DNA of 64,000 bases, taken from Massalongia carnosa. Taxonomy: Eukaryota. The notes under the pieces are model-generated. The model did no database searches and was not told the DNA's origin. It saw nothing but the letters and a program-made list of their open reading frames with translations. The DNA is taken from the NCBI GenBank assembly GCA_965645245.1, contig OZ287067.1:3534001-3598000 (forward strand), written 5' to 3'. Within the stretch, counting starts at the first letter, position 1. Every line of letters starts with the position of its first letter. Below are positions 60,125 to 64,000 of the stretch, piece by piece. Both the position numbers and the translations under genes were made by a program.

Positions 60125-62950
60125 ATGATTTTCTCATCAATCTCCGACTTTATCATGTCGGCTCTCACAGGTGAGGATAATGCTAAAAAGAACAATAGGT
60201 CAATCCCTCTCACCGCCGAGGAATTCCTTCACCGAATTGCGCAAAGGGAGAACGGTCAGCTGAAGCACAAGGATTCGACCTTTCTTCTTCATGTGCGAGA
60301 ATATACTCGTGCATGGAACATTCTCGGAGATCAGCGACATTCCTTGCACGGATACGCATTTGATAAGCTTCGGTGAATTGCGCTCTGATGTTTCCGATAT
60401 TCATGAATACTGCTAACGATATGTAGCTACGATTACGACTCCATGACGCAGCAACTACAAATCATGTCGATCAGTTTAGAACATGAGTCCTTTGTTGCCA
60501 AGATTATGGCCATATCAACGAGCGATTACAATCATTGGCTCAGTCGGAGCTGCAGAAGATGTTTACATCAAAGATCGAAGTCTTGAATAGCGCACCGTTC
60601 CATTAACGTAATTCACCTGTATTCGGAACACCCGCTTATTCGGAACTAACAAAACCACGAAACTTACTTTCAACCATTATCTCTTCTACAACCTATTGAA
60701 GAAAACCCTAAAACTGATTTAATAAGGCAAAGGGTATTATAATTATTATAATAGCCGATCATCGATAAAGTACACCGCTGAAATGGCTTCTTCCCGGCAG
60801 TTTCGAGTTACAAAATCGGGATTGCGTACTACCTTGAAAGACGAGGTTAGAGAACGTTTAAAATATGCAGTTAAGGTCTATGAGAAGGCAGAAGGGTCGT
60901 TATCTTTTACGCAAGGTGCTTGACTTCATGCGGTACCGAAAACAACATTGTATCCCAGGATAAACAGTCGCCCGGACCAGGTATCGTACGTTACTACAAA
61001 GCAGAGGTTAACGCCCGAGGAGGAGGGATCTCTTCAGAGCTGGGTTAGAGCTACTAGACTCCGCCTTTGACAAAATATCAGCTAAGCCTTATATAGACGA
61101 TTGTGACGAAGCGAGATAGTGAATAGATTTCTACCATTGCGCCACCTGTCCTCCCGACCAAAACGCACAATACTTAGTCCGCAGACCAAGCTCTATTCTA
61201 CTATAACTGGGACTCTTGCTATGTTCGCTGTAGGTCCTGCCGTCCGCACCACGCATGGTCGAACCGTTACAACGATGACACTCTACCTAGCGCTAGTACT
61301 CTTATTCAAACGCGTTATCTTTAAGGCCAAATATCACCAATATCAGGAAACATAGAACAAGTCTCAGAGGTTGAGGAGTTTATATTACTATTTCGCCATC
61401 AGACTCTTGATTCCTCTAAGCTTACTCTTCTACAAAAAACCCTTAAAGCAGCTAGGCTTGCTATGACTGATCGTATTGTCTTGAATCGTACTAATACGGA
61501 GCTTTTAGCAGCCAATACACGAGAAAAACAACGAGCTCAACGTACGGGCACTCAATACGATGTTCAGGGGGATCGCGGACTGAGTTTAGAAGATGTGGAG
61601 AAAAGAAGACAACTAGCTGAAAATAAGAAAAAGGAGAAAGAGGCTAGATCACAGGTAAGGAAAGAAAAACAGAACGATCGACTATTTTTTCAGGTATCTA
61701 AAGACCTAATGTGATTTGAACCCGACCTAATATACGTGCCTGATCTTGTAACATCTTGATCTTTACTTAAAAATAAGAAACGTGACGATTCTATCTTTCA
61801 AAACGCTTTTCACGACCTTATTCAGATTATACCTCATATTTTTAAGGAGACAGTTGCGGGTGACCTAAGGTTTAAAAAAACTGCTCGAAATAAAGGAAAA
61901 GGTATATCAAGAAAGAAAAATATCACTAGGTTGGTACAAGGTGATGTGGAAATAGTAGGAAAGGGGGAGAAGTAGGAAGTTTTAGAGGTTCGGGTTAGCT
62001 CACGCGGTCGTGTCATCTGTAACACTCGTAGAATGTAGCTCTACAAGCTTATGCTAGCTATATATATTCACTAGAACCTGTTCATCAATTCCCGAGTACA
62101 TGTGCTAGAAATTTTGCGGATGCGGCGGTGATAAAAATTTCGAAGGTATCAAATTTGTTAGTTCCGAATAAGCGGGTGTTCCGAATAGCGGTGAATTACG
62201 TTATACCGAGTTAAAGGACCCCTGCTATCAATTAGAAGAGCCCTTAATATCTTTCAATTCTCTTCTCTCCAGGAATCTACGCTCGCAAAGTCTGCGCTTC
62301 TTCAATGACGAAACCTCACCCTAAACAAGTTCTTTTCCTACCCACGATGTCGACGACTTTTCCAATACAAGCTCTTTATCCTCGGAGGCTAGTGATATGG
62401 TGAGGCATCTCAAACCGGATTCTCAATGGCGGTTTGAGGGAGCAAAATTATCAAGTATTGTGCTTGAAGTGACCAAGAGTCAGTCATATGATAGCTTAGA
62501 AAAGAAAGCGAAGCAATTTATCTCCGATTCAAATGGGGGGATATCCACGGTCGTTGGCTTCATGCTCAATTCAGAAGGTCGCGGAGACGAAAGGTTACAT
62601 AAAAATTGCTCTGTGATGATCGTGTGGATTGCTGTTCCTGAGACGAACAAGTCCTACGTCGCCAAACGCGCTTGCGAGGAGGTGAGTTTGTCTAAATGGT
62701 CGATTCATATGAGATTCTGATTTAACAAGGCCCCCCAACATTCCGACGACGTCGTTGGTCTAGGAGAAGGCTTAAATTTCGTGCTTTCTCACTTCGCTCC
62801 AAGGTTCATCTTGAAAGATTACACACAAAAGGATTATCGCATCTTATCATCGACACAAATACATATTTCCTTGCGGGAAATACATTAGATCATCATGAAA
62901 GTGCGAAGAACTTCTTATGTTGATAGTACAATATTCTGCAGTGGATTTGC
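60125..62950 (+). pseudogene. Decayed gene with a PD-(D/E)XK-like motif, split by a Fot1-like element
   Basis: KPDSQWRF...IVLEVTKSQ...LEKKAKQFISDSNGGISTVVG, with introns and stops. Linking the pieces on either side of the transposon is inferred. Confidence 0.45.
60606..62201 (+). mobile_element. Fot1/pogo-like transposon, degenerate and internally deleted
   Basis: About 48-bp TIR ACGTAATTCACC..TATTCGGAACACCCGCTTATTCGGAACTAACAAA with TA TSD. HTH remnant VPKTTL...QRLTPEEEGSLQSWV. Confidence 0.88.
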
Positions 62951-64000
62951 GAAGCATGGAAAATATCGACGATGATGTAAAACAACGACGGAATTGTTGA
63001 AGAGATGCGAATGATTAAAAGAGATTACTTGAGATTGTATGCGAATGAGTGTTAAGATCAAGAAAGAGTTTCATGTATTTTATCGAGAATTAGAATAAAA
63101 GCAGACTTTGTCAAGACGACATCTTTTCAAACCATGCAGTGATAACCTGTTTCAGGCAAGAGAATGCGTGATAAGATAAGACATTTAACTGTAGACTCAT
63201 CGTCGAATTGAGCTAGAATCCGGCTCGGGCACTCAACCTAAGAGGGGCGTGCTTGCCCATTACCCACCAACAGGACGTGCCTGCTACGACTTTGCTTTCC
63301 ACGCAATCCAACCTCCAATCCACGACTGTCGCAAGCAATTTTCATCGACCGTGAACAGCTCTGCCGCAGCTGGCCGCGCAGAGCAGCTCCCCCGAAAACT
63401 CTCTCGACCGAGAAACCCCTTAACCCAGTCGCCTCGTCCTGAGAAGCAGAAGTACAAGTTTCTTTACATACCTAATTAACTTCAAATCACTACGTCAATT
63501 CGACTTCTATTTTCTCTCATGTAAACAAAGTCTTTGAAATTTGGAACCTTGCAGTCAATTCCTCAGGAGCCGAGTGCGCAGGTGCGTCGTTGCAAGAATT
63601 GGGCCGTTCAAGAGCTTCTAATAGGAGATATTGCTATGATCATGTTTCGTTCCTTTTTCTGCAAGCTTAATTAAATATTTTCAAGGTTAGATTCTCGTTG
63701 TGTCAGAAAGCCTCATGTGCTCACCTCTTCATGAATGGAGGCATACCTAAGCTCACGAAGTTGCGTCTATTCGAAAAAGTCTCAACATAAGCAGGTTAAG
63801 CTTGAACATAGCATCAGGATTTTGACTTCTCGTCAACATAAGAACATAAGACAAAAATGATGATTAACGACCTGTAATCGTAGCGGTCTTGGGCGGCGGC
63901 GTTGATGAATGTGGGAAGAATTTTATTCGCCATCGTAGTGACTAAAAGACCCGAATGCCTATTATCATCATGTTTTGGATTTGGTGTTTTGGTCCAAACT

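Noticed and set aside
63000..64000. Short ORF at 63249-63479 and flanks
   Set aside because: No motif or gene structure supported.

Overview
Eukaryotic DNA from a filamentous ascomycete, judged from short GT-AG introns with CTAAC/CTGAC branch sites, fungal transposon families and RIP-like C>T/G>A changes. Most of the window is nested transposons: Tad1-like LINEs, a PIF/Harbinger element, two MULEs, Tc1 and pogo/Fot1 elements, three Ty3/Gypsy chromoviruses and four solo LTRs, most with readable TSDs and TIRs. Host genes are an ankyrin protein, a UstYa/DUF3328 oxidase, a PTH11-like rhodopsin-domain membrane protein and several pseudogenes. The main finding is a head-to-head pair. One partner is an NB-ARC/TPR NLR (44116-47096, minus strand, three in-frame TAG stops) whose N-terminus is only a ~45-aa G/N/V-rich motif. 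The other is a SesB-like alpha/beta-hydrolase (57399-58665, plus strand) whose C-terminal ~50 aa carries a matching motif. This is the layout of fungal NLR amyloid signalling, and the shared motif (F-x(2-3)-I-x-x-N-x-G-V-[VI]-[IM]-G...K-[VI]-x-G-[ST]-x-x-N) does not obviously equal the HET-s, PP or sigma motifs. The pairing is hidden because both motifs lie on small spliced exons and about 10 kb of transposons sit between the genes. All splicing, alignments and TSD calls were made by eye; no database searches were run.
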